In this document: piece after piece, positions 39,236 through 50,500 of the stretch | How the letters are laid out: every line of letters begins with the position of its first letter | Position numbering within the stretch: position 1 is the stretch's first letter | The notes under the pieces: generated by a model | Database searches by the model: none | The model's input: only the letters and a program-made list of their open reading frames with translations | Told to the model about the DNA's origin: nothing | Assembly (NCBI GenBank): GCA_020629755.1 | Contig: JAHDCS010000004.1 | Span: 5,588-69,587, forward strand | DNA from: Flavobacteriales bacterium | GTDB lineage: Bacteria > Bacteroidota > Bacteroidia > Flavobacteriales_G > JALEGO01 | Direction: 5' to 3' | DNA: 64,000 nucleotides | Made by a program: the position numbers and the translations under genes

Positions 39236-40366
39236 ATGTCTTTTGAGTTACAACATACCGACGTTTCTTCACAGGCTAGGGCCGGAGAATTAACCACAGC
39301 GCATGGTAAAATACAAACACCAATTTTTATGCCGGTAGGCACTGTTGGGTCAGTAAAAGCGGTACATCAAAGAGAGTTAACTCAAGACATTAAAGCACAG
39401 ATTATTTTAGGGAACACCTACCATTTATATTTGCGCCCCGGCCTAGATATTCTTAGAAAATCTGGCGGACTTCATAAGTTTATTGGGTGGGATAAACCCA
39501 TGTTAACAGACAGCGGAGGGTATCAAGTGTTTTCTTTATCTGGCATGCGAAAAATTAAAGAAGAAGGAGCCACATTTACTTCACATATAGATGGGTCTAA
39601 GCATTTATTTACACCAGAAAACGTAATGGACACCCAGCGTGTAATTGGTGCAGATATTATCATGGCTTTTGATGAATGTACGCCTTATCCATGTGAGAAA
39701 TCTTATGCTGAAAACTCTATGCATATGACACATCGTTGGTTAAAAAGATGCATTGATCGGTTCGATTCAACAGAAAACATCTACGGCTACAATCAAATGC
39801 TTTTTCCGATTGTGCAGGGCAGTGTATTTAAAGATCTTCGTAAAGAGTCTGCTCATTTTATTGCCGAGCAAGACCGCCAAGGCAATGCGATTGGCGGATT
39901 ATCGGTAGGCGAACCAGCTGAGATGATGTATGAGATGACAGACCTTGTATGCGGTATCCTTCAGAAAGATAAACCCAGGTATTTAATGGGCGTTGGTACA
40001 CCAGTAAATATATTAGAAAATATAGCCTTAGGGGTAGATATGTTTGATTGTGTAATGCCGTCAAGAAATGCTAGAAACGGTCAGCTTTTTACTGCTGAAG
40101 GCATTATTAATATTAAAAACAAAAAGTGGGCTGAAGATTTTTCGGCGATTGACCAAAGTGCCTATACCTATGTAGATACTGCCTACTCTAAAGCATATTT
40201 GAGGCATCTTTTCACGGTAAACGAACGCCTAGCAGGCCAAATTGCAACCATTCATAATTTAGGCTTTTACTTGTGGTTGGTTACAGAGGCGAGAACACAT
40301 ATTTTGGCAGGTGATTTTATGCCCTGGAAAAATAAAATGGTTAACGTTTTAGGACGTAAATTATAA
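39236..40366 (+). CDS. tgt: Queuine tRNA-ribosyltransferase (tRNA-guanine transglycosylase)
   Basis: Motifs LTDSGGYQVFSL, GLSVGE and GVGTP are present, with the Zn site in FDCVMPSRNARNG. I prefer the ATG at 39236. Confidence 0.93.
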   Translation: MSFELQHTDVSSQARAGELTTAHGKIQTPIFMPVGTVGSVKAVHQRELTQDIKAQIILGNTYHLYLRPGLDILRKSGGLHKFIGWDKPMLTDSGGYQVFSLSGMRKIKEEGATFTSHIDGSKHLFTPENVMDTQRVIGADIIMAFDECTPYPCEKSYAENSMHMTHRWLKRCIDRFDSTENIYGYNQMLFPIVQGSVFKDLRKESAHFIAEQDRQGNAIGGLSVGEPAEMMYEMTDLVCGILQKDKPRYLMGVGTPVNILENIALGVDMFDCVMPSRNARNGQLFTAEGIINIKNKKWAEDFSAIDQSAYTYVDTAYSKAYLRHLFTVNERLAGQIATIHNLGFYLWLVTEARTHILAGDFMPWKNKMVNVLGRKL

Positions 40367-40410
40367 TTACTTAAGGGAAAACATTTTTTGTGTTTATTGT
40401 TTCCTGTGTT

Positions 40411-40418
40411 TATATTTG
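40411..40418 (+). promoter_or_regulatory. TAnnTTTG -7 box upstream of the TetR-efflux operon
   Basis: TATATTTG lies 16 nt upstream of the ATG at 40435. Confidence 0.35.
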
Positions 40419-40434
40419 CATTCTTATTTAGCAG

Positions 40435-41049
40435 ATGTCGGCCGATTTATTTTTAAAAATCCATCAATTATTTCTTTCAAAAGGCGTTAAAAGCCTTACT
40501 ATGGATGATGTTTCTAGCGCTATGGGGATCTCTAAAAAAACACTCTATGGCTTTGTAGAAAACAAAAGTGATTTGGTAAAAAAATGCATGAAAGCTTTTG
40601 CTGAAACAGAAAAGATAGCCCTTAAAAAAATTGCACAAGAAAACAACAATGCCATTGATGAGTTGTTTGCTATTGTCAAGCACATTAGAAATCTATTAAA
40701 AAACTTTCATCCATCTATCCATTACGATTTGCAAAAATATTACCCAGAAGGATGGCAGGTATTTGAAGAGATGAAGCGCGGGTTTCATTTTGAAATGGTG
40801 AAAAAAAATATTGAAAAGGGTATTGCACAGGGGCTTTTTCGAAACGATTTAAATACCGATATCATTGCTAGATTACACATCGAAAAAATAGATGTTATTT
40901 TCAACTCTAATATTTTTCCTGCGCCAGAGTTTAATTTTATTCAAGTCTTTTTAGAGCTTATGAATTACCACATCAGAGGTATTGCCAGCGAAAAAGGATT
41001 GAGCTATTTAAAAACCACTATAGAGGATAAAAAAAATATATTATCATGA
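40435..41049 (+). CDS. TetR/AcrR family transcriptional regulator
   Basis: It has the N-terminal HTH LTMDDVSSAMGISKKTLYGFV. It is 204 aa. There is a 4-nt overlap with the TolC gene. Confidence 0.8.
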   Translation: MSADLFLKIHQLFLSKGVKSLTMDDVSSAMGISKKTLYGFVENKSDLVKKCMKAFAETEKIALKKIAQENNNAIDELFAIVKHIRNLLKNFHPSIHYDLQKYYPEGWQVFEEMKRGFHFEMVKKNIEKGIAQGLFRNDLNTDIIARLHIEKIDVIFNSNIFPAPEFNFIQVFLELMNYHIRGIASEKGLSYLKTTIEDKKNILS

Positions 41050-42419
41050 AAAATGTTTTGTTTGTATTCTTTTTTTTGGGGGGATGTTCACTCGCCCTCG
41101 CACAAGCCTACACACTTGAATCGGCCATAGAATATGCTTTAGAACATAATTTCAACACTAAAAAAGCAGATAATGAACTTTTAAAAGCACATGCACAAGT
41201 AAAAGAAACTAAAGCCATGGGGTATCCGCAAATTAGCGGACAAATTGATTTTAATAATTTCATTAACATCCCAACCCAAGTAGCTCCTGCTGATGCGTTT
41301 GGATTTCCGGATTATATCAATGACTTTCTATTTCAGTCTTCACAAGCTTTAGGGGTGCCTATTAACTTGCCTGATCCCGCGAATCAACCTGAATTTTCTG
41401 AACTTCAATTTGGCACTAAGTACAATACCACAGCTGGTATAACGGCCAATCAACTTTTATTTGATGGGGTGTACTTTTATGGGTTAAAGGCAGCAAAATC
41501 CTATATCAACATGGCTCAGTTAGAGTCTAAAAAAACAAAAACCCAAATCAAAGAAGATGTTTACAGGGCGTTTTACTTGGTATTGATTGCGCAAAAAAAC
41601 ATTGGGCTTCAAAAAGAAGGCTTGGTTTTGGCTGAAAAAACGTATCAAGAAGTACAGGCTTTAAAAAAAGCCGGATTTACAGATCAAGAAGCTGTGCAAA
41701 GACAAGAGCTTATGCTTTTGAATATTGAATCAAGAATCAAAAAGGCTGAAAATCAAATGCGTTTAGCCAAACAAGTATTAAAATTTCAAATGGGTTATCC
41801 GATAGATCAGAGTATTGAGCTACAAGGAGATCTAGATCTGCTTAAATTAAGAGCAGCCACTTACAATGCACAAAATAGTTTAGATTATCAGATTGCAGAT
41901 TATAGAATAGCCCTATTAGAGTTAAACCATAAAGTAAATCGTGCCGAAATTTTACCAAAACTGTATGGCTTTTTTTCACATTCTGAAAATGCTTTTTCTA
42001 ATTCTTTTGGGTATAAAAACACCAATTGGTACCCAACCACACTTTGGGGTTTACAGTTAAAAGTGCCTATTTTTAGCGGATTTAGTTACAAGGCAAATCT
42101 TTCAAAATCTAAAAGCGATCTATTATTAGCCAATCAAGCAAAAGCATTTACCGAGCAAGGGTTAGCCCTAGAATTAAGTCAGGCAAATATTGAATTTGAC
42201 AATGCCTTAGAATCACTCCAGATGGCTGAAAAAAAACTCAATTTAACCCAAAGCATCAGCGCATCCACCCGAAAAAAATACAAAGAAGGACTAGTAAGCA
42301 GTTCAGAACTTACCATTAATGAAAACGAAGCCCTACTCGCTAAGGGAGAATATATTGGCGCTTTGATTGATTTAATTGAGGCACAAGTAAAATTTAAACA
42401 GTTTGAAAATCATGAATAA
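41046..42419 (+). CDS. TolC family outer membrane efflux protein
   Basis: It has a signal peptide, a LESAIEYALEHN start, and a duplicated coiled-coil/beta structure. Confidence 0.85.
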   Translation: MKNVLFVFFFLGGCSLALAQAYTLESAIEYALEHNFNTKKADNELLKAHAQVKETKAMGYPQISGQIDFNNFINIPTQVAPADAFGFPDYINDFLFQSSQALGVPINLPDPANQPEFSELQFGTKYNTTAGITANQLLFDGVYFYGLKAAKSYINMAQLESKKTKTQIKEDVYRAFYLVLIAQKNIGLQKEGLVLAEKTYQEVQALKKAGFTDQEAVQRQELMLLNIESRIKKAENQMRLAKQVLKFQMGYPIDQSIELQGDLDLLKLRAATYNAQNSLDYQIADYRIALLELNHKVNRAEILPKLYGFFSHSENAFSNSFGYKNTNWYPTTLWGLQLKVPIFSGFSYKANLSKSKSDLLLANQAKAFTEQGLALELSQANIEFDNALESLQMAEKKLNLTQSISASTRKKYKEGLVSSSELTINENEALLAKGEYIGALIDLIEAQVKFKQFENHE

Positions 42420-43554
42420 ATATTTTTGCATTGGGATAATCGGTTTGTTGGTATTCTCATGCCAAGAGAAAAACAACACACCACTCTCAATATTAATACA
42501 ACAAAGAGATTCGTTAAAAACAAAGTACGACGAACTCTCTGAAGAACTTAGTGAGATTGAAGAACAAATCATAGCTTTAGATTCTAATGCTAACCAAAAC
42601 ATTAAAAATGTAGAATATATAGAAGTTTCTGCTCAGCGTTTCGCCCATTATTTTGGCGCACAAGGTGTGGTAGAAGCCTCGTCTAATGCGCAAATATCAT
42701 CTGAAAGCCCAGGCAGAGTTACTAAGGTGTATGTTAAAACAGGTCAAAGCGTTAAAACAGGGCAAGCGCTTTTTAGGATGGATAACAGTGTATTGAACAG
42801 CAATACGCAAGAAATAGACAATCAAATTGCGTTAGCTGAAGATGTATTTAAGCGCCAAAAAGCATTACACGACCAAGACATAGGAGCCGAAATTGATTTT
42901 ATTACAGCTAAAAACAACCTAAGCGCCTTAAAGCTTAAAAAGAAAAGCGTATTGGCTCAATCTGCTAAAGCAGTGGTCTATGCCCCTTTTACTGGAGTGG
43001 TTGATGGGGTAATGGTGAAAGAGGGTCAAATGGCCTCGCCTGGTTTTCCGGTTATGCGGTTAATCGGGACGAGTAAACCCTATATTAAAGCAGAGCTTTC
43101 AGAAGCCCATTTATCAAATGTACACCAAGGCCAAATGGTTTTGGTAGACATTCCTTCTATTCAGAAAAAAGCAGAGGCCAAAATAAGCCGCATTGGCCGT
43201 TTTATAGATCCAAACAACAGAACCTTTGCCGTTGAAATTGATGCCGCACATTTAAAGGTGAATATATTGCCTAATCAACTGGTGTATTTACATGTGAATG
43301 ATTACGTGAATGATTCTGCGCTTGTAGTTCCATCATGGGTGATTCAGCAAGATGCACAAGGAGAAGATTATGTTTATGTGGCTCAAAAAGATCAGGCAAA
43401 AACCAAAGCCATAAAAACCATTGTTCATACATCAAAAACACAAAATGACAGCACAGAGATTTTGAGTGGCATTCAATCAGGAGATTGGGTCATTACGAGT
43501 GGGTCTAGATTACTTACTAATGGTGAGCAAATTAAACTTTTAGAGACAAAGTAA
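42412..43554 (+). CDS. Efflux RND transporter periplasmic adaptor subunit (MFP/HlyD family)
   Basis: It has a lipoprotein signal (LLVFSC), a coiled-coil hairpin and a lipoyl-like GQSVKTGQALFRMD motif. The ATG overlaps the TolC stop. Confidence 0.85.
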   Translation: MNKYFCIGIIGLLVFSCQEKNNTPLSILIQQRDSLKTKYDELSEELSEIEEQIIALDSNANQNIKNVEYIEVSAQRFAHYFGAQGVVEASSNAQISSESPGRVTKVYVKTGQSVKTGQALFRMDNSVLNSNTQEIDNQIALAEDVFKRQKALHDQDIGAEIDFITAKNNLSALKLKKKSVLAQSAKAVVYAPFTGVVDGVMVKEGQMASPGFPVMRLIGTSKPYIKAELSEAHLSNVHQGQMVLVDIPSIQKKAEAKISRIGRFIDPNNRTFAVEIDAAHLKVNILPNQLVYLHVNDYVNDSALVVPSWVIQQDAQGEDYVYVAQKDQAKTKAIKTIVHTSKTQNDSTEILSGIQSGDWVITSGSRLLTNGEQIKLLETK

Positions 43555-43558
43555 ATCC

Positions 43559-46500
43559 ATGAAAGAAGAAAAAAAACTTAAGTCTTTTGGTTTATCTACC
43601 CTTTCTGTTAAAAACAGGAGCACGGTATTTTTTATCACTTTTTTAATTGTTCTTTTTGGTGTAGTAGCTTATAATACCATGCCTAAAGCTGCATTTCCTG
43701 ACATTGTATTGCCTCAAATTTATGTAGGGGTGGCTTATCCTGGGAATGCGCCTTTAGATATGGAAAAACTCATTACCCGACCTATTGAAAAAGAAATAAA
43801 GTCGGTAAACGACGTAGATAAAGTAACCTCTACTTCTACCCAAGGCTACGCAATGGTCCTTACAGAATTCGATTCTAAAATAGCGCCTTCAATAGCCCTA
43901 CAACGCATTAAAGATGCCGTAGATAAAGCCAAAGCACAACCGGGCTTTCCGACTGATTTACCTGTAGAGCCCAATATCTTTGAAATGAATTTTTCAGAGT
44001 TTCCAATTCTCAATGTAAACCTCTCGGGCGATTACTCACCGCAGCGTCTCAAAAAATATGCAGAGTACCTAGAAGATGAGCTTGAAAGTATTGATGAGAT
44101 ATCAAAAGTAGAGATTAGAGGCATTCAAGAAAAAGAAGTTGAGGTTTTAGTAAATCGCTATCAGATGGAAGCCTTAAAAATTTCTTTTGGCGATATTGAA
44201 CAAGCCGTAAGTTCTGAGAATTTGACTTTGGCAGGGGGTGAAATTTTGATGGGCGGATTCAAACGCGCCATACGTGTCGTAGGAGACATAAGCTCGCCAA
44301 GCGAATTAGGCGATATTATCGTGAAACGAGAAGCTCAAAAAATAGTCTACTTAAAAGACATTGCTCAAATTAGATTTGGGTTTAAAGCGCCATCTTCTTT
44401 TGCGCGCGAATTCCACAAGCCCGTTTTAATGCTCGATGTCATAAAAAAATCGGGGGCCAATCTTTTGGCCGCTACCGATAAAATTTATAAAACCATAGAA
44501 GACGCGCAAACAGATTATTTTCCGAAAAATTTGCAAGTGACCATCTCAAACGATTTGTCTACCGATACCAGAAATCAGGTCGATAATTTATTGAACAGCA
44601 TCATTTTTGGGGTCTTGTTGGTGGTTTTGGTCTTGATGTTTTTCTTGGGGCTTAAAGACGCTGTTTTTGTTGGGGTAGCTATTCCGCTCTCAATGCTGAT
44701 GAGTTTTATGATTTTAGCGGCTATGGGTGTAACGATTAATATGATTGTGCTCTTCTCTTTGGTTTTGGGCCTTGGGATGCTTGTAGATAACGGGATTGTG
44801 GTGGTTGAAAATGTACACCGCCTAATGAAAGAAGGATACCCTAAGAAACAAGCCGCTATTTACGGAGTTGGTGAAATTGCTTGGCCTATTATTGCGTCTA
44901 CCGCCACTACTTTAGCGGCCTTTTTACCTATGATTTTTTGGCCCGGCATGATGGGTGAATTCATGGGGTATTTACCCATTACACTAATCATTGTTTTGGG
45001 GTCTTCGCTTTTTGTGGCCTTAGCGATTAACCCAGCATTAACCTCTTTTATGAATATTGACCCGATAGAAGATGTCGATCAAAAAGCGGTAAAATTCCGT
45101 AATCGTTTTTTAATCTCCGCTATCGGATTATTTATTATTGTATTACTTGGTTTTTTTGGGGGGATTGACATTTTTGAAAAGATAACCCCTTTACGAGTGA
45201 TCAGCGTGTTTTTCTTTGTATTGTTTGGATTTATGTTTTTGTTTTATCGATTCTTTTTAGGGATGTCAGAAAAAGTCAAAAACCATTACCTTCCGCTTTT
45301 AGAAGAAAAATACAAGGTGTTTTTAGCCACTATTTTATCAGGCAAAAGACCACGGTTAATCTTTGGGGGGATGTTTGTACTCTTGTTTTTATCTTTTTTA
45401 CTCATTGGATTATTTACGCCCAAAGTAGAGTTTTTTCCAATCAATATGCCAAAATATGTGAATGTGTTTATAGAAAGGCCTGTCGGGGCAGATATTGCAC
45501 AGGTCGATAAGATCACTGAAAAAATTGAATATAAAGTAGCTAATCTTTTAAAAAAATATGAAATCACGGAAGATTCTACCAAACAAAACTTTTTAGTGAA
45601 AAGCTTTATCTCTCAGGTTGGCGAAGGAACCTCAGATCCTGCCGCAGGCCCATCTTTGGGTGCCACACCCAATAAAGCCCGTATCCAGGTTTCTTTTGTA
45701 GAATTTAAAGACCGTAAAGGCATCAGTACCCAAGAGGTATTAGAAGAAATAAGAGAGGCAACCACTGGTTTTGCTGGAGTGTCGGTTTCAATCGCAAAAG
45801 ACCAGGCTGGGCCTCCAATGCCTCCGCCCATTAATATGGAATTAAGCGGCGAAGACTATCATCAAATAATGAATGCCGGAGTAGAGTTAAAAAAGTTTAT
45901 TATCAGTAAAAACATTCCGGGCATTGACAACCTAAAGTTAGATGTTGATGTCAATAAACCAGAGCTTATTATAGATATAGACAGAGAAAAAGTGCGGCGT
46001 TTAAATTTGAGCACCTATCAGGTGGCGGCAACGCTTCGCACAGCCTTGTATGGCAAAGAAATTTCGCGTTATAAAGAAAAAGACGATGAATACGACATCA
46101 ATATAAGATTAGACCAGCGCTTCAGAAATAATTTAGAAGAGCTCATGAACCAAAAGATCACCTTTAGAGATCAAACCAACGGCAGAGTGCGTCAAATACC
46201 TATATCCTCAGTGGCCACCCCTCGTTACACCTCTAATTTTACGGTAGTAAAGCGTAAAAACCACAAGCGTGTTGTTACGCTTTTTTCGAATGTAAAAGAA
46301 GGGTATAACGCCAATGAAATTGTGGCTAAAATTCAAAAAGAAGTAGACGCCTTTACCTTTCCTAAAGGGGTAGAGTATAAATTCACCGGCCAACAAGAAG
46401 ACCAAGCTAAAGAAATGGCCTTTTTGGGTACCGCGCTACTTATTGCTGTATTTCTAATTCTACTTATTATCGTGATGCAGTTTAATTCAATTGGTACGCC

Positions 46501-47020
46501 CTTTATTATAATGGGGTCTGTGGGATTTTCTTTGATAGGCGTATTCTTAGGCTTAGTGATTTTTCAGATGGATTTTATCATTATTATGACCATGATTGGC
46601 ATTATTTCTCTAGCTGGTGTGGTTGTTAATAACGCCATTGTACTTTTAGATTATACAGGGCTTTTAATAGAGCGTAAAAAATTAGATTTAGGCTTAGATG
46701 AAGATGCTTTTTTACCTTCAAAAGAGCTTGTTGAGAGTGTTATTATGGCTGGTTCTAAACGTTTAAGACCAGTGCTTTTAACAGCAATAACTACCGTATT
46801 AGGTCTTATTCCGCTTGCCGTAGGGTTAAACATTGACTTTTTTAGTTTATTTACTGATTTTGATCCGAAGTTTTATCTAGGAGGCGATAATGTAGTGTTC
46901 TGGGGCCCAATGAGCTGGACGGTTATTTTTGGCCTTAGTTTTGCGACTTTTTTAACCTTAGTGGTAGTGCCCGTAATGTTTGTGTTAAAAACAAATTTGA
47001 AACGAAAACTAATGGCATAA
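43559..47020 (+). CDS. Efflux RND transporter permease (AcrB/AcrD/AcrF family)
   Basis: It is 1153 aa with a 12-TM architecture and two large periplasmic loops. An AcrB-like N-terminus (FFITFLIVLFGVVAY..MPKAAFPDI) is present. Confidence 0.9.
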   Translation: MKEEKKLKSFGLSTLSVKNRSTVFFITFLIVLFGVVAYNTMPKAAFPDIVLPQIYVGVAYPGNAPLDMEKLITRPIEKEIKSVNDVDKVTSTSTQGYAMVLTEFDSKIAPSIALQRIKDAVDKAKAQPGFPTDLPVEPNIFEMNFSEFPILNVNLSGDYSPQRLKKYAEYLEDELESIDEISKVEIRGIQEKEVEVLVNRYQMEALKISFGDIEQAVSSENLTLAGGEILMGGFKRAIRVVGDISSPSELGDIIVKREAQKIVYLKDIAQIRFGFKAPSSFAREFHKPVLMLDVIKKSGANLLAATDKIYKTIEDAQTDYFPKNLQVTISNDLSTDTRNQVDNLLNSIIFGVLLVVLVLMFFLGLKDAVFVGVAIPLSMLMSFMILAAMGVTINMIVLFSLVLGLGMLVDNGIVVVENVHRLMKEGYPKKQAAIYGVGEIAWPIIASTATTLAAFLPMIFWPGMMGEFMGYLPITLIIVLGSSLFVALAINPALTSFMNIDPIEDVDQKAVKFRNRFLISAIGLFIIVLLGFFGGIDIFEKITPLRVISVFFFVLFGFMFLFYRFFLGMSEKVKNHYLPLLEEKYKVFLATILSGKRPRLIFGGMFVLLFLSFLLIGLFTPKVEFFPINMPKYVNVFIERPVGADIAQVDKITEKIEYKVANLLKKYEITEDSTKQNFLVKSFISQVGEGTSDPAAGPSLGATPNKARIQVSFVEFKDRKGISTQEVLEEIREATTGFAGVSVSIAKDQAGPPMPPPINMELSGEDYHQIMNAGVELKKFIISKNIPGIDNLKLDVDVNKPELIIDIDREKVRRLNLSTYQVAATLRTALYGKEISRYKEKDDEYDINIRLDQRFRNNLEELMNQKITFRDQTNGRVRQIPISSVATPRYTSNFTVVKRKNHKRVVTLFSNVKEGYNANEIVAKIQKEVDAFTFPKGVEYKFTGQQEDQAKEMAFLGTALLIAVFLILLIIVMQFNSIGTPFIIMGSVGFSLIGVFLGLVIFQMDFIIIMTMIGIISLAGVVVNNAIVLLDYTGLLIERKKLDLGLDEDAFLPSKELVESVIMAGSKRLRPVLLTAITTVLGLIPLAVGLNIDFFSLFTDFDPKFYLGGDNVVFWGPMSWTVIFGLSFATFLTLVVVPVMFVLKTNLKRKLMA

Positions 47021-47022
47021 AA

Positions 47023-47045
47023 AAAGCCCTTTGAAAAAGGGCTTT
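47023..47045. terminator. Bidirectional hairpin terminator between convergent genes
   Basis: AAAGCCCTTT-GAA-AAAGGGCTTT is a perfect 10-bp stem flanked by A/T runs. Confidence 0.6.
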
Positions 47046-47065
47046 AAATCTTTGTTATTATTATT

Positions 47066-47500
47066 TTACCAAATAGGGCTACTCATATATTCAGGCTTTA
47101 TTTCAGTGAGTTCCATTAATTGGCAATCACAAGGAGCAGCAGCCTCAACATTAGTACAAGGGCCTTTATCTACAACAGCTTCATTACCCTCTTGTCCGTC
47201 ATCAATAAAATGAGAAATATTTGACAATACTTTACCGCCAAACAAGACTTCTTCGCCCGCATTTTTGTATTTATTAGGCAAGTTGCACGCGTAGTAGTGG
47301 GTTTGCCCGTATTTAATAAGATATTCTCCCCCCTTTTGAACTACAAATCCAACAGCGTTCCCGATAGATCTAGAACTTGTTCGGTCAGAATAATAAGGGT
47401 CACAAATTTCCATAAGCTCCTCTTCGTCTTTTTCGCAGGAAAACACCAAAAAACAAGCAGATAAGGTTGCCAATGTGTAAAAGAAGGTTAATTTTTTCAT
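47066..47500 (-). CDS. Lipoprotein of unknown function
   Basis: The lipobox is LVFSC. It is a 144-aa Cys-containing protein with no recognised motif. Confidence 0.55.
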   Translation of the reverse strand: MKKLTFFYTLATLSACFLVFSCEKDEEELMEICDPYYSDRTSSRSIGNAVGFVVQKGGEYLIKYGQTHYYACNLPNKYKNAGEEVLFGGKVLSNISHFIDDGQEGNEAVVDKGPCTNVEAAAPCDCQLMELTEIKPEYMSSPIW

Positions 47501-47554
47501 AATTAGTATTTTATCATTGTAACGATAAATACTTAAAAAGGTTACACCCCTTTT

Positions 47555-50500
47555 TTATGCGGTGACCTGTTTAGAAGATAAAGACCTAATGTAGAATAAA
47601 AGGCCTTGCACATTAGTATGCCCCATGGCTTTAAAAGCATTTACATAGTGGATCACTTGGGCGATATCTTTCTTTGATTCTTTTCCGGTTTTAAAGTCTA
47701 GAATAAAGACTTTTTTTTCTGTAAACACAACCTTGTCGGCTCTGCATAATTCTTGATTATGATCAATAAATGAAAGCTCATTGTGCGCGGTGACTGTATT
47801 AGAAAAAAACAATTCTAAATCAGAATGCCCAACAATTGATTTGATGATTTTTTGATACACCGGCTTTTCATTTTTTAACTCCTGATGATTTAGAAAATAC
47901 CAATCTAAAACCCTTTCAACATCTTTGGGGGTATAAATATGCGATAACAAATCATGCACCACAATGCCTTTTTCTATATGCTTTTCTAGTGGAGGTTTTA
48001 AGTATGAATAGTCGTAAGTATAGTCTAAAGGGGATAACTTTTTTATTTTTTTTTCGGGGGGATGCGCGGGGATGTCGGTTGTATTTTGTTTCTTTTTTTC
48101 AGGCAAGAGACCTAATGTATAGGCTTGTTTTACGGTGTCAAACTCTGGTTTATTTTCTATAAAATCGGTTAGGTATTTTGCTAATTTTTTTGGGGCATCA
48201 TAAAATCCGATTAATACTTCAGAGGCTCTTGTAAAAGCGACATATAACACATTGACTTCATCTAAAAAATCTTCTTGTTCTTCAGCGCTATACAAAGCAG
48301 CAAACCGAGTGTCAGAAAGTACTTTTTGTTTAGGTAAGATGGCAGAAAAAGAGCGGCTTTTTTTGGGATGTTCTGGCGTGGTCCAAATCAGGTCTTTGTG
48401 CGCTTGAGTGCTCCATTCAATACTAGGCAGAATAACAACTGCTGATTCAAGACCTTTTGATTTGTGAATAGTCATTAGTTTAATGGCATTTTCATCTGTT
48501 TCGCTAGAAATACTCAAAGACTCTTTTTCATCTTCAATGTAATCCAAAAAAGCAGGAATAGATTCATTTTTTTTATCTTGATAGGCCAATACAACATCTA
48601 AAAAGGCTGTGTAGTACACATTTGGGATGTGCTCAAAACAAGGCAATGCAAAAAGGGATAAACAAATTTCATATAAGGATAACCCAGTTAAATTTTGTAG
48701 TTCTAAACCCACTACATTTTTTATGAATGTATGTCTAAACTCCTGATCTTTAATACAAGAAAAAAGATCTTTAGCAGGGATGTCTATGCAGTTATTTAAG
48801 TGTGCAAATAAGTTGGTGCAATACACTGGGTTATCTACTTCGCTTATATAGCGCAAAAAGCTAAGCAAAAGCGTGATGCTTTTGTTTTCAAGTAATAGTA
48901 ATTGTTCAGAAGAAGAGGTTTTATACCCCATAGATCTTAGCGATTCTTCTATAAAAAGAAGAGCTGCTTTTTTTCTTGTTAAAATTAAGATATCACTTGG
49001 GGTATAGTGGGCCTCTAACAAACGGTCAATTTGTTTTTTTAACTCTTGTATTGATTGATTTTTATGTACTTTCTTAAAATAAACCTGTCCGCTCACTGAT
49101 TTTTGGACTTTTTGCTCTAAGCCTTTATAAATACTTTGATGATGGTCAGATAAAAAAGGTTTTAAATACGTAAAAAAAGCATTGTTAAACTCAACAACAT
49201 GTTTTGCGCTTCGGTAGTTTGTGTCTAATAATTTAGTGCTTACAAATTGTTTTTTTTCATTTTCAAGGCCAATAAAATTCTGCACATCTCCGCCTCTAAA
49301 TCTATAGATGGCCTGCTTTGGATCACCCACGATCATATTGCCAAATCCTTTTGAAAGGCTTTCTTCTACAAGTGGCCACATATTTTGCCATTGTAAAGTA
49401 GAGGTGTCTTGAAATTCATCAATTAAAACATGTTCATACCAAAGCCCAACTCTTTCATAGACAAACGGGATAGGCTCTTCTAACACAATCTGAGAGATCT
49501 TTTTACTAAATTCTGAAAGGTGAATAACATTTAGTTTTTCATACAAGTGGCTAATCTTTTGTTGTAGCGCACTTAACATTAAAAACGGATAAATGGTTTT
49601 TAAAGAAAGCCTGGATAATACATAAGGCTCAAAGTGCTCATCTAAAAATGCAGTGATTTCCTCAAAAAAGGATAAACAGTCTTTGTTTTCTGGATGATCT
49701 TTCTTAAAAAAAGAACCTGAATCGTACTGTTTAATTAATGATTTTGAAGGATATATTTTGGAGAATTCTAACAGGATTTTTTTACCAAAATAGTAACGGT
49801 TAGCATAAGCCTTTATGCTTTGTGTTTTGCCCCCTTTAAAAAGCTCAAAGTTTAGAGGGTATAACTTTTTTTTAAGGGCACTGCAAAGGGTAAAAAAACG
49901 GCGTTCAAACTCAATGAGCGTGCTGTTTATTTTTTTTTCAACGGTTTTATACTCGCTAATCCAAGGCATTTCTTTGCTGAGATTTGCCCATGATTTTTCT
50001 TCTAATAACAACAACGAAAGGGCTTGAATTTTTTGTTCAATCTTCCAAGATTCATTTTGGGTAAATACACTTTCACAAAACCGATCAATAACATGTGTGA
50101 GTGATTCATCTTTGCTGTATTCTTCTAAGAGCTGTGTGGTGGCTTTTTCACATATTTTTCTTGAATCTAATTCAATTTGATGTTGTAAAGAAATTCCTAA
50201 TTCAAAAGAAAAGCTTTTAGCAATGCGGTAAATAAATTTATCGATTGTTAAAATAGAGATGTCTGAAAAATTATAAAGCATATGTTCAAGCACTTTTTGG
50301 GCCCTTGCAAAAAGTGTAGTATGGTCTATGGCTAACGCGTCAATAAGCTGAATGCTCAGATCGCTTTTTTCTTTATTTGCTAATTTTTTAAGGGCGCTTA
50401 AAATGCGCTCTAGCATCTCTTGGGTCGCTTTGTTTGTAAAAGTGATGGCTAAAATATGCTTGTAATTTGCTGCGTGTTGGTTTTTTAGAGCATACTTTAA

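Noticed and set aside
47031-47213. A 60-aa plus-strand ORF follows the RND pump gene.
   Set aside because: It begins inside the terminator hairpin and overlaps the convergent lipoprotein gene. It has no supporting features.
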